Source: Methanomicrobiales archaeon
GTDB lineage: Archaea > Halobacteriota > Methanomicrobia > Methanomicrobiales > JACTUA01
DNA: 64,000 bases
Direction of reading: 5' to 3'
Assembly (NCBI GenBank): GCA_015660865.1
Contig: JACTUA010000002.1
Location: 60,548 to 124,547, forward strand
Notes under the pieces: model-generated
Databases searched by the model: none
What the model was told of the DNA's origin: nothing
What the model saw: only the letters and a program-made list of their open reading frames with translations
Shown: in pieces, positions 48,501 through 56,981 of the stretch
Position numbering within the stretch: position 1 is the stretch's first letter
Layout of the letters: each line of letters begins with the position of its first letter
Translations under genes and position numbers: made by a program

Positions 48501-48673
48501 ACACCATCCGCGTCGATGTGAATGCCAATGACTCCAACTCGGATACCGCCACGCTTGAGATCTACATCGATGGATCCGGTGTCAGGGGTTTATTCCCCGG
48601 TGAAATACCCACACCACCCGGTGTACCTCCAGTCCCAACCACACCGACCATTTCCTACATCAAGATAAGCTGA
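45530..48673 (+). CDS. large secreted surface protein with Ig-like (Big/invasin-type) repeats and a von Willebrand factor A domain
   Basis: 1047-aa ORF with an N-terminal signal peptide (MKPMRTIILIMLATLALGAAASAA) and repeated beta-rich modules (ATIRATV..G.P..GA.V.F). The vWA domain has MIDAS residues DRSGS (ILVTDRSGSM) and a later VLSDGD. There are many N-x-S/T sequons and no C-terminal TM anchor. Confidence 0.75.
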   Translation: MKPMRTIILIMLATLALGAAASAAYPVQVTVASDHAWMVADNKDTATIRATVISGTGVNAGQPLAGANVAFTVNPPWQLKDSFLVTDANGNATTTLSATKASGTANITVTAFAMILTDTWGYLNYSASTNLSQPIDHDTPKSITSFYNGQVQVRSSTHIAVLVRDKFGNPVDNRNVVENVRFDASAVGASGFLSGTSWVKSITVPVNGSGYVDVQYLVDPVGTNYVSITPPSPLNQQLISIEGISQGTPFSVSSIVSPGGTPYPYTTIKTGIFTIGYTFRDQFGYLTANQQVNITTSIPGESMSLTTNKNGMVVITYGPKDIAGIYNITARAATNLSASATANVEFVSGAPADALFTASPQTMASRDVMDNITSTLIMKVVDQKGNPVSGELVNFRFTSLPGTGFNQTMLPVLENGVTSTSATNVDIPATSDDNGDATVTFHPGAFSTDFTAPGYNTSATGSAIVQAQWSTVKRQVTLKYLNSRYLTIQSWVSPSTVQVNQTVDVTVLVKGDGWALQPKPIDVILVTDRSGSMLDDYPDREVSVMAAGNVFSRQLDFTRDRLGLVSFGSSGQQWANSSQNSGWDNTTNDDVSYALANYQGNGRTYSDNATLDLGLSNVPASISTQINSTVPGGWTPMRYAIYTALNATKNKWNPNSVRAVIVLSDGDYNHYGDPLARVASKSTMSTNPGDYGDLTSKWYSFSGLNASFQNMTTYANAYNVKIFTIGFAQSISSGGKKNLTALANLTGGKYYDATAANLASVYTDIAGSLKDTAGVNTTMSLSFQNINVTVDNVTSVMAGNQVYNYTYISGHSTLIDTGNSTIAHFAGYPVTFDNSSQWKSSQGFTFNIGTIRLGQFWQSTVTLQVLKGGTINVFDPNSNVTTQDTTNTQKLMPLTIPGAYIVALPNNSAPTLQGAAQLDIDDLNLTNAGSQISADLHWNLSYNGLDPISEDIMVAAYSTNQWNHIPLQQVSNVTTFDTASIPIDDLAAGYYTIRVDVNANDSNSDTATLEIYIDGSGVRGLFPGEIPTPPGVPPVPTTPTISYIKIS

Positions 48674-48819
48674 TGAGGTCGACCGGATTCCCCTCCCCCT
48701 TTTTCCGGGATACACAGTTGCCATAGGAAAAAACTATTTTAGGGCCTGAATACCTCCATCCACCTCACCAACACCTTAATACCTCTTCTTCCTGATTTCT
48801 GTACCGGAGGTTCAATGGT

Positions 48820-49488
48820 ATGAAGGTACTCGGGCTCAACGCAAGCCCCAGGGGAAAGGAGAGCCAGACGCTGCGGCTCGTCATCGCCGTCCTCGACGGG
48901 GCCGAGGTGGAGGGAGCCAAGACAGAGCTCCTGGACGTCTGCGATTATGAGATCGGTTTCTGCACCGCCTGCGGCACCTGCTATGCGAAGGGAGAGTGCA
49001 CGCAGACCGACGACTTCCCCGATATCTTCGACCGGATGCTCGACGCCGACGGGATCGTCCTCGGCTCCCCGAACTACATCGACTCGGTCTCGGCCCAGAT
49101 GAAGGTCGTCTTCGATCGGATGGCGGATGCCATCCACTGCCAGATGTTCTCGGGGAAGTACGGGTGCTCGGTCTGCACCGCGGGCGGGGCGAACGAGATG
49201 GAGATCGTCGGGTACATGAACCGGGTACTCACTTCCCTCGGCGCACAGATCGTCGGCGGGGTGGGGGTCGCCTTCAGGGGGAACCCGGACGCAATACTCC
49301 CTGGCGAGAAGAAAGCGTACGAGATGGGTCGGGATCTCGCCGCTGCCATCCGCACGAAGCGCTCCTACCCGGACCAGGAGGCGATCCTCTCGGCCCGCCG
49401 GGATTACTTCTGCCAGCTCGTGGAGGGGAACAAGGACCGGTGGGCCCACGAGTACGAGTGGTGGGTGCAGGCGGGGAGGTTGAAATAA
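48820..49488 (+). CDS. iron-sulfur flavoprotein (Isf) / NADPH-dependent FMN reductase family
   Basis: Flavodoxin-like MKVLGLNASPRG and a compact Cys motif CTACGTCYAKGEC (Cx2Cx2Cx5C) typical of Isf. Confidence 0.75.
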   Translation: MKVLGLNASPRGKESQTLRLVIAVLDGAEVEGAKTELLDVCDYEIGFCTACGTCYAKGECTQTDDFPDIFDRMLDADGIVLGSPNYIDSVSAQMKVVFDRMADAIHCQMFSGKYGCSVCTAGGANEMEIVGYMNRVLTSLGAQIVGGVGVAFRGNPDAILPGEKKAYEMGRDLAAAIRTKRSYPDQEAILSARRDYFCQLVEGNKDRWAHEYEWWVQAGRLK

Positions 49489-49520
49489 GGAAATAGCCGG
49501 GAGCTCCGAACAGGAGATCT

Positions 49521-49577
49521 CGGAAACCTCCAGGGGGACGCCCGCGCGGCGGGGGCGGTGCCCCCAGGAGCGCTCCC
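49521..49577 (+). repeat. short copy of the GC-rich intergenic element (hairpin GGGGG-CGGTG-CCCCC at 49551-49565)
   Basis: GGGGGACGCCCGCGCGGCGGGGGCGGTGCCCCCAGGAGCGCTCC parallels the central block of copy 1 (24671-24712). It ends with the CCCCCAGGAGCG of the 28-nt box. Confidence 0.45.
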
Positions 49578-49731
49578 TAGCATCATCAGGCCGATACACT
49601 CCTCACCTGTTCAAATAAGAATTTTTCTATCACAGATCCTGCATGCCCGCCGATATTCAATTCCGGAGGAAGCCGATCCGCTCTTCCCAAACCCTTCATA
49701 TACTTCCCCATCCCACCATCTTCCTGCTACC

Positions 49732-50631
49732 ATGGCCGACGAAGGTTATACATCATCCACCGTCCAGGGGAGGGAGGTCCCCTGGGACCCGGCACAGCTC
49801 CGGAGGATCAGGGATCACCCCTGCTTTTCTGAGAAGGCCTGCCATGCCTTCGGCAGGATGCACCTTCCGGTTGCACCAAAGTGCAACATCCAGTGCAACT
49901 ACTGCATCCGGGACTTCGACTGCGTGAACGAGTCGAGGCCGGGGGTCACCACCCGCGTTCTTTCGCCAACAGAGGCCATCGAGATGGTAAGAAAGGCCCT
50001 CGAGAAGTTCACCTACATCAAGGTCCTCGGGATCGCGGGCCCCGGCGAGCCCCTGTTCAACGACGAGACCTTCGAGACCCTCCGGCTCGCGAAGATCGAG
50101 TTCCCGAACCTGATCAAGTGTATCAGCTCGAACGGCCTCCTCCTCCCCGAGAAGATCGACCTCCTGGAGAAGTACGACGTGGGGAACGTGACCGTCACCT
50201 GGAACGCCCTCAACCCCGCCACGGGCGCGAAGATCTACTCCTGGGTAACCTGGGAGGGAAAGAGGCTCCACGGCGAGGAGGGTGCCCGGATCCTCCTCGC
50301 GAACCAGCTCAAGGGGATAGAGGAGGCGGTGAAGCGGCACATGATCGTGAAGGTGAACACCGTGTACATTCCCGGTGTGAACGATATGGAGATCCCGGAC
50401 ATTGCAAAGAAGGCCTCAGAGCTCGGGGCCTACACCTTCAATGTCATCCCCCTCATCCCCCAGTATAAGTTCCGGGACGTGAAACCGCCCACTCCTGCCG
50501 ACAAGAGGAAGATGCAGGACGAGTGCTCGAAGTATATCAGGCAGATGCGACACTGCCAGCGGTGCCGCGCCGATGCCATCGGCCGGCTGGGGCACGACGT
50601 GCAGGGCTGCCTGTACAGCGGCGGCGAGTAG
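49732..50631 (+). CDS. nifB: NifB-type radical SAM protein (stand-alone SAM domain)
   Basis: HPCFSEKACHAFGRMHLPVAPKCNIQCNYCIRDFDCVNESRPGVT closely matches the NifB signature. Start at MADEG (49732). The upstream part of the track ORF covers the repeat element. Confidence 0.8.
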   Translation: MADEGYTSSTVQGREVPWDPAQLRRIRDHPCFSEKACHAFGRMHLPVAPKCNIQCNYCIRDFDCVNESRPGVTTRVLSPTEAIEMVRKALEKFTYIKVLGIAGPGEPLFNDETFETLRLAKIEFPNLIKCISSNGLLLPEKIDLLEKYDVGNVTVTWNALNPATGAKIYSWVTWEGKRLHGEEGARILLANQLKGIEEAVKRHMIVKVNTVYIPGVNDMEIPDIAKKASELGAYTFNVIPLIPQYKFRDVKPPTPADKRKMQDECSKYIRQMRHCQRCRADAIGRLGHDVQGCLYSGGE

Positions 50632-50678
50632 ACGGTCCCCCTCGCCACCTCCTTCTTTCCCGGGTTCATCGGAGAACC

Positions 50679-51290
50679 CTAGGACTCCTCCCTCGGGACC
50701 ACCCAGGGCGGGTTGCCATCGCCCTCGTGGTCGTCGTGCTGGACCTCAACCTTCATCCGGCTGACCTTCTCGAAGATCCGCTGCTTCCTCCGGATGGGCC
50801 ACCAGAGATAGAGGAAGATGTTGACAGGCTCCCACATGGCCACCCAGCTCACGATCAGGAGCCCCCCGGCGATCCAGGCGGCGAAGCCATGCTGGGTATA
50901 GGGGGAGATGAGCGTGGATATGACCCCCATGACAAGGAGGAAGGCTATCCCGATGGCGAGGCTCATCCTTCCCTGCCGGAACTTGAGGCGCAGCTCACGG
51001 GCAGCCGAGGCCTCGAGGTAGCTGAAGTGGTTCTGGATGGCCGGCTCCAGGGTCTTCGCCTCCTCGCACTCGGCCTCCTTGCAGGGAAGGTGGATGACGA
51101 TCTTCATCGCCTTCGCGAGGGGGAAGTCCTGGACGATCTCGGTGATATAGGCCTCTGCATCGGGGTCGAGGTCCTTCTCGTGGAACGGGGAGGCGTCGAG
51201 TGAGTTGAAGATCTGCATGACCGTCCGGAGCCTCATCTCGATGAGGATGGCGCCGTTCTCGCTCCGGTAGTGCTCCTCGATCTCGGTCAT
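50679..51290 (-). CDS. hypothetical membrane protein (soluble N-domain plus 2-3 TM)
   Basis: Start at MTEIEEHY (ATG 51290). The C-terminal hydrophobic segments are MSLAIGIAFLLVMGVISTLI and WIAGGLLIVSWVAMW. No family recognised. Confidence 0.5.
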   Translation of the reverse strand: MTEIEEHYRSENGAILIEMRLRTVMQIFNSLDASPFHEKDLDPDAEAYITEIVQDFPLAKAMKIVIHLPCKEAECEEAKTLEPAIQNHFSYLEASAARELRLKFRQGRMSLAIGIAFLLVMGVISTLISPYTQHGFAAWIAGGLLIVSWVAMWEPVNIFLYLWWPIRRKQRIFEKVSRMKVEVQHDDHEGDGNPPWVVPREES

Positions 51291-51396
51291 GGGTGCGTGA
51301 CAGTACTGGTGGAGTTTGCAATGCCCATGAGGGTTTCGGACCCGAGCCCTGCGGTGCCGCCCGCCTGCCCGCAACCATGAAACCCCGGGACAAACC

Positions 51397-52317
51397 ATGC
51401 TTCCGGGCATGGGTACCATCCGGCTCCGGGAAGACCAGCCCCTGGATCTCTCCCTCTCCCTCTCCTGCGGCCAGGCGTTCCGGTGGGAGCAGCGGGAGGG
51501 CTGGTGGGAGGGGGTAGTCGGGGAGAGCCTCTGGAGAGTGCGACAGGAAGGGCGCCGGGTCATCTACAGCGGTACCACAGCACCCGCTGTCAGGCACTAC
51601 CTGGCCCTTGATGAGAATCTTCCCGTGATCCTCGCCTCGATCGACCGTGACCCGGTTGTGTACAGGTCCATCGAAGCCTGCAGGGGGCTGCGCATCCTCA
51701 GGCAGGACCCATGGGAGATCCTCATCTCGTTCATCTGTGCGACAAACACAAACATTCCACGGATCCGGAAGATGATCGCGTCGCTCGCCCGGACCTTCGG
51801 CAAAAGAATCCCAGGGTCGGATGAGGCCGTGTATACATTCCCCGTGCCGGAGGCACTCTTAGTATCCTGTGGCGATCACCTGGCAGCCTGCAGACTCGGT
51901 TACCGGGACCGGTCCGTCGCAGGCACCGCCGGCATGGTGGAGGAGGATCCTGGCATCCTGAACAGGATCGCGGGATTCCCATCGAACGACGCCCGGGCGG
52001 CTCTCCTCTCCTTCCCCGGGGTCGGGCCAAAGGCCGCGGACTGCATCCTCCTCTTCGGGTTCCATCGGCTGGAGTCCTTCCCTGTGGATGTCTGGATCCG
52101 GAGGATCATGCACGATCACTACATGCCGCCCCCGCCCGGAGCGAAAGGATCGTCGGAGAAGGAGGACAGGAGGATCAGGGAGTTCGGGCAGGAGCACTTC
52201 GGGGCATATGCCGGCTACGCGCAGGAGTACCTCTTCTGCGCCCGGGAACTCCTGAATGGGGTGAAGGTCAGGTCCCCTGGCCCCAGCTCTTCTGGTACTC
52301 CACCTGCTCGCCGGTGA
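51397..52317 (+). CDS. ogg: 8-oxoguanine DNA glycosylase / HhH-GPD family DNA glycosylase-lyase
   Basis: Ogg-type N-terminal motif LSLSCGQAFRW and an HhH-GPD region FPGVGPKAADCILLFG. Confidence 0.75.
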   Translation: MLPGMGTIRLREDQPLDLSLSLSCGQAFRWEQREGWWEGVVGESLWRVRQEGRRVIYSGTTAPAVRHYLALDENLPVILASIDRDPVVYRSIEACRGLRILRQDPWEILISFICATNTNIPRIRKMIASLARTFGKRIPGSDEAVYTFPVPEALLVSCGDHLAACRLGYRDRSVAGTAGMVEEDPGILNRIAGFPSNDARAALLSFPGVGPKAADCILLFGFHRLESFPVDVWIRRIMHDHYMPPPPGAKGSSEKEDRRIREFGQEHFGAYAGYAQEYLFCARELLNGVKVRSPGPSSSGTPPARR

Positions 52318-53494
52318 GGCGGTCGATGGAGAGCCCGAGGGTGGCGAGCTTCCGGAGGGCGACCTCCTCGTCGATCTCGAACGGCACCTCGTGGACCCCG
52401 GGTGCGAGGCCCTTTCCTCTCTCCGCGATATAGCGGGTCGAGAGGGCCTGGAGGGCGAAGGAGAGGTCCATCACCTCGATGGGGTGCCCCATCCCTTTCG
52501 GGGTCGCCAGGTTGACGAGCCTCCCTTCGGCAAGGAGGTGGAGGGACCGGCTGCCAAACCGGTAGCTATCTATCCCGTCCCTGCGGACCACCGCGGCCGC
52601 GTTCTCCTCGAGCCACTTCCCGTCAATCTCGACGTTGAAGTGGCCAGCATTTGCAAGGATCGCGCCATCCCGCATAAGGGGGAAGTGGCGCCCGGTGATC
52701 ACCCCGATGTTCCCCGTCGTGGTGATGAAGATGTGCCCGATGGGGGCGGCCTCGTCCATGGTCATCACGGCAAAGCCGTCCATGTGGGCCTGGAGGGCGG
52801 ACCTTGGATCCACCTCGGTGACAATGACCCGGGCCCCGAGGCCGGCTGCCTTCCGGGCGAGCCCGCGACCGCAGAAGCCGTACCCCGCGATGACCAGGTT
52901 CTTCCCTGCCATCAGGACATTGGTTGTGATCATGATTGCAGCGAGGGCACTCTCGCCGGTCCCATGGACGTTGTCAAAGTAGCGCTTCATGGGCGTGTCG
53001 TTCACGGCGAGGACCGGAAAGGCGAGAGCCCCCGCCGCCGCCATGGCCCTCAGGCGATGCACTCCGGTGGTGGTCTCCTCGCAGCCGCCGACGACCCCCT
53101 TCAGGAGCTCCCGCCGTTTCGTATGGAGGACATGGATCAGGTCCATCCCGTCATCGACGGTGATCGAGGGGCGGGCGTCAAGTACCTGGTCGATGGCTCG
53201 GTAGTACTCCTCCACCGTGGCACCGCGCTTTGCGTAGCAGTGGACACCCGGGACCTCGTTCAGCTCCGCAGCGACATCGTCCTGGGTGGAGAGAGGGTTG
53301 CATCCCGTGATATGGACCTCTGCGCCTGCCGCCGCGAGGGTCTCGACGAGGACCGCGGTCTTCGCCTCGACGTGGAGCGCCATCCCCACGGTGAGGGACT
53401 CGAGGGGGCGCCCCTCCTCGAACTCCCGCCTGATGGAGGAGAGGACCGGCATGTACTGGCGCGCCCACTCTATCTTCAGCCGGCCCGTGCTCAC
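52268..53494 (-). CDS. ahcY: adenosylhomocysteinase (archaeal S-adenosyl/S-inosyl-L-homocysteine hydrolase)
   Basis: 408-aa ORF with DDGMDL, ETTTGV and the NAD-binding GYGFCGRG. Confidence 0.9.
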   Translation of the reverse strand: MSTGRLKIEWARQYMPVLSSIRREFEEGRPLESLTVGMALHVEAKTAVLVETLAAAGAEVHITGCNPLSTQDDVAAELNEVPGVHCYAKRGATVEEYYRAIDQVLDARPSITVDDGMDLIHVLHTKRRELLKGVVGGCEETTTGVHRLRAMAAAGALAFPVLAVNDTPMKRYFDNVHGTGESALAAIMITTNVLMAGKNLVIAGYGFCGRGLARKAAGLGARVIVTEVDPRSALQAHMDGFAVMTMDEAAPIGHIFITTTGNIGVITGRHFPLMRDGAILANAGHFNVEIDGKWLEENAAAVVRRDGIDSYRFGSRSLHLLAEGRLVNLATPKGMGHPIEVMDLSFALQALSTRYIAERGKGLAPGVHEVPFEIDEEVALRKLATLGLSIDRLTGEQVEYQKSWGQGT

Positions 53495-54300
53495 GCCAGG
53501 CCCTCCCCCACGCTCAGTGCCCCCCCGATGTTCTGCCCCGACCCCCTGGAACCTGTTCCCGAGGTTTCCGGGTGCTGCAGCCAGAAGTCGATCCCATAAT
53601 CGCCGATACCTGTGACGAGGATGCCATCACCCGTCTGCCAGCCGCGTGTCCCGCCGGAGAAGGAAACCTGCAGACCGTCCTGGTACTCATTGGAGGACGG
53701 CCCGAAGACATCCCAGGTATTCCGGCCGGTGAGGAAGGTGAAGATCGTGAGATGCACATTCCCGGGAGCCGTGAAGTCGGCATAGGTTGATCCTTGATAG
53801 AGCTCGCAGCGCATCTCCGGCGATGCCTGTGAATCCATGTTCCCGCATACGGCCGGAGTCCTCTTCGCGGCCGGTACAAGGACCAGGCCCCCAGTACCTG
53901 CGTTCCTGGTATCGATTGGCCCATCCACCCGCGCGTTGACCGAGAGGAGATAGGGCCTGCCGACAGGGCTGGACGCGATCTCGCGGGCCGTCACCGCGAG
54001 CATGGTGAACTTCTCTGTCCCGATCAGGGAGATGTTCCAGCCCTGGGGTAACCCCTGCAGATCCCCTGCCCCGATCCCCTGGAGGACCGCTGAAGCCTCA
54101 GGCCCTTTCGCGGGGACCGGGATGTAGAAGGTCACGTTCTCGAGGGTTGTGTCGCTGGTAATGCTCACCCGGTATTCATAGGTGCTCGAGAGCGTGGCCC
54201 GGTAGGTGATCTCCATGAACACGTTTATGGAGATGGCAGCCAGGAATATCACGGAGACCACGGCGAGGACCGCGAGCACCCGGAAAAGTGTTCTGTCCAT
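53491..54300 (-). CDS. hypothetical exported/membrane-anchored protein
   Basis: 269-aa ORF with an N-terminal signal anchor (FRVLAVLAVVSVIFLAAISI). The rest is beta-rich. Its stop overlaps the ahcY start (ATGA-type 4-nt overlap). Confidence 0.5.
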   Translation of the reverse strand: MDRTLFRVLAVLAVVSVIFLAAISINVFMEITYRATLSSTYEYRVSITSDTTLENVTFYIPVPAKGPEASAVLQGIGAGDLQGLPQGWNISLIGTEKFTMLAVTAREIASSPVGRPYLLSVNARVDGPIDTRNAGTGGLVLVPAAKRTPAVCGNMDSQASPEMRCELYQGSTYADFTAPGNVHLTIFTFLTGRNTWDVFGPSSNEYQDGLQVSFSGGTRGWQTGDGILVTGIGDYGIDFWLQHPETSGTGSRGSGQNIGGALSVGEGLA

Positions 54301-54361
54301 CCTCTCACCACGGTAACGTTACGCTTCATCCTACATGAACTCATCCGGGTCCCTCTTCCTC

Positions 54362-54461
54362 TCCAAAACCCTAAATAGGGCGTCGCTTATCCCCTATGTC
54401 CGCACCGGAGATCCCCGGTCTTCTACCGGGAACCGGCCTTCCAAAACCCTAAATAGAGCGT
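54362..54461 (+). promoter_or_regulatory. duplicated 22-nt promoter-like box TCCAAAACCCTAAATAGRGCGT (54362-54383 and 54440-54461)
   Basis: Two copies, 21/22 identical, lie 78 nt apart. Each contains a TATA-like CTAAATAG. The proximal copy ends 18 nt upstream of the hisF GTG. Confidence 0.4.
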
Positions 54462-54478
54462 TTCTCATTCCGGTACAT

Positions 54479-55282
54479 GTGCTTACCAAGCGGATCATCC
54501 CCTGCCTCGACCTGAAAGACGGCAGGGTCGTGAAGGGCTGCCACTTCATCGATCTCCGGGACGCGGGGGACCCCGTCGCGCTCGCCCAGCGCTACAACGA
54601 GCAGGGCGCAGACGAGGTGGTATTCCTCGACATCACCGCCTCCCGGGAGAACAGGGGTATCATCCTCGAGCTGATCCGGCGGGCCGCCGACCAGCTCTTC
54701 CTGCCCCTCACCGTGGGCGGGGGTATCCGCAGCCTGGAGGACATCCAGCAGATCCTCCGGGCCGGGGCCGACAAGGTCTCCATCAACACGAGCGCGGTGA
54801 ACGACCCCCCTCTCATCAACCGCTCCGCCACCAGGTTCGGCACCCAGTGCATCGTGGTGGCCATGGATGTACGCCGTCGCCTCGACGCTCTCTCGGGAAA
54901 GACCCCTGTTCTCCTCCCTGGAGGGGAGGTCTGCTGGTACGAGGTGGTGACCTACGGAGGGAGCCGGCCCACCGGTACCGATGCCATGAAGTGGGCCGGG
55001 GAGGCCGAGGAACGGGGCGCCGGCGAGATCCTCCTCACCTCGATGGAGACCGACGGGACAAAGGCGGGGTTCGATATCCCCATCACCCGGGCCATCTCGG
55101 AGGCCGTGGGGATCCCCGTGATCGCGAGTGGCGGGGTGGGGACCCTCGGGCATTTCCACGAGGGCTTCACCGAGGGAAAGGCGGATGCCTGCCTCGCCGC
55201 GTCTGTCTTCCACTACGGGGAGTTCACGATCCGGCAGGTGAAGGAGTACCTGGCTGCCCGCGGGGTCCCGGTACGGCTCTGA
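54479..55282 (+). CDS. hisF: imidazole glycerol phosphate synthase, cyclase subunit
   Basis: GTG start giving (M)[19 protein letters not shown]. Further motifs are [11 protein letters not shown]-like VVFLDITAS and GADKVSINT. Confidence 0.9.
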   Translation: MLTKRIIPCLDLKDGRVVKGCHFIDLRDAGDPVALAQRYNEQGADEVVFLDITASRENRGIILELIRRAADQLFLPLTVGGGIRSLEDIQQILRAGADKVSINTSAVNDPPLINRSATRFGTQCIVVAMDVRRRLDALSGKTPVLLPGGEVCWYEVVTYGGSRPTGTDAMKWAGEAEERGAGEILLTSMETDGTKAGFDIPITRAISEAVGIPVIASGGVGTLGHFHEGFTEGKADACLAASVFHYGEFTIRQVKEYLAARGVPVRL

Positions 55283-56879
55283 TATCGAACTCCAGGGCCG
55301 CGACCGGGTGCTCCAGCTCGAACGCGGAGAGTACCTCCGGGTGAATCTCCCCGAAACATCCACGCCCTGTCCCGTCCATGACCAGATCCCCCCGCCGCCC
55401 GTCGATGAAGGCAGGGTCCCTGGATTCCGTCACCGTGCAGGAGAGCCCGAGCTCCCGGGTGAGGGCATCGGTTGCGGCATAGGCCTCGGTGAAATCTGCC
55501 GCAGGATGGATGGAGACCGCTGCCACCTTCTGGTAGGTCTCCTTGCCCTCCACCACGTCGCCGATGGCAAAGATACGCTGCGGCAGCTCCCTGTGCCGGT
55601 TGGCCTGGAGGGTCTCGAGGAGAAGGGGGAGGATATCCGTCCTGATGACCGTGTGCTCCTCGCTGATGGGGTACTTCAGATGGAGGGCCGCAGGCGAGGG
55701 GGTCCTCTGCATCCAGGTGAAGAGGACTCTCTCGTTCGTGAGCGTGAAAGGGATCACTTCGAGGTAGCCCATCCCCGTGAAGATGGATCGGATCGTGTCG
55801 GCCAGGATATTCACCGGGTGTTTTGCCCCGATGGTGAAGACCCGGGGGAGGGCAGGGGTGAAGCGGTCGTACCCATAGGCGATAGCCACGTCCTCGTAGA
55901 TGTCCCAGTCATGCATGATATCTGACCGGTAGCAGGGAACCCGGACCCGAACCCTGTCGTCATCGACGGGGGTCGCCCCAAACCGCATCTTCCCGAGGAG
56001 CCCTGCCATGGAACCGGGCGAGAGAGGAATTCCAATAAGCCGTGAACATGCGGAGGCAGTGACTACCCTCTCGGCGGGGGTGAGATCCGGGCACGGCACC
56101 CCGTCGATGGCAACGCTCTCGATCCCGGCCCCTGTCTCGGCGAGGGCGCTGCAGAGGATCCGGACCGCGGTCATGACCGCCCTCCGGTCGGTCCCGGTCG
56201 TATCGAGGAGGATGTTGCGTGTCTTCCCCGTCACCCGGGTGAGCTCCCCGTTGATGATCGGGGGGAAGGAGAGGACCTCGCCCCGGGAGTCAACGATGAG
56301 GGGGAATTTGGGGAGGTCTTGGACGAGATGGGCGTAATCCCTCCCCTTCGGGTGCTCGGTGAGGATCTCCTCCATGGTCATGGGCCGGTCGTAGTCGAGG
56401 GGAACGAAGGAGCGGGAGCGCTCGGATGCAAGGTACCGGAACGGGGGGGTCACCGTATCCAGGTCATGGACACCGATGGCCACCTTCCCCCTGCCCCTGC
56501 CCACCGCCCAGTGGAGCGCCTCCTGGAGGCCCATGAGGCTCTCGATGGCCGCCTCGCCCAGGTTCAGGTCCCGGATCACCGCGGTCCCGAGGTAGGGGCG
56601 AATGGATGCGAGCGCCGGGTCGACGGAGAAGGCCATGCCGGAGGGGGTAACCGGATAGTCCCTGAGTCCGGTCTCGATCGAGAGGAAACCCCGCAGGGCA
56701 TGGGCGACTCCCTCGGTGGAGAAGAGGTCCGGCCGGTCAGGAAAGAACTCTGCATCGGCATGGTCCTCCTCCAGCCGCTCGATCTCGCACCCGATCATGG
56801 GGAGCTTCTGGAGGATAGCCTCGTGGTCAGCCCCGACGAGCTGCTCCAGGTACTGGTAGTTGAGCTTGATGATCGGCAC
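55224..56879 (-). CDS. pheT: phenylalanine--tRNA ligase beta subunit (archaeal type)
   Basis: 551-aa ORF with the N-terminus [16 protein letters not shown] and B3/4 and B5 domain-like regions. Its 3' end overlaps the hisF 3' end by 59 nt (convergent). Confidence 0.9.
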   Translation of the reverse strand: MPIIKLNYQYLEQLVGADHEAILQKLPMIGCEIERLEEDHADAEFFPDRPDLFSTEGVAHALRGFLSIETGLRDYPVTPSGMAFSVDPALASIRPYLGTAVIRDLNLGEAAIESLMGLQEALHWAVGRGRGKVAIGVHDLDTVTPPFRYLASERSRSFVPLDYDRPMTMEEILTEHPKGRDYAHLVQDLPKFPLIVDSRGEVLSFPPIINGELTRVTGKTRNILLDTTGTDRRAVMTAVRILCSALAETGAGIESVAIDGVPCPDLTPAERVVTASACSRLIGIPLSPGSMAGLLGKMRFGATPVDDDRVRVRVPCYRSDIMHDWDIYEDVAIAYGYDRFTPALPRVFTIGAKHPVNILADTIRSIFTGMGYLEVIPFTLTNERVLFTWMQRTPSPAALHLKYPISEEHTVIRTDILPLLLETLQANRHRELPQRIFAIGDVVEGKETYQKVAAVSIHPAADFTEAYAATDALTRELGLSCTVTESRDPAFIDGRRGDLVMDGTGRGCFGEIHPEVLSAFELEHPVAALEFDIRAVPGPRGQPGTPSPAGS

Positions 56880-56981
56880 CGGGCCTCACCCTTCCTGATA
56901 AAATATCCCCTGTTTCCCTGATATATCCAGCGGATATTCATTCGGGGGTCGCAGGGAGAGGGAGCGCCACCCTGTATGCCA

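Noticed and set aside
52391-53599. 402-aa + strand ORF over ahcY
   Set aside because: It is antisense to an unmistakable adenosylhomocysteinase.
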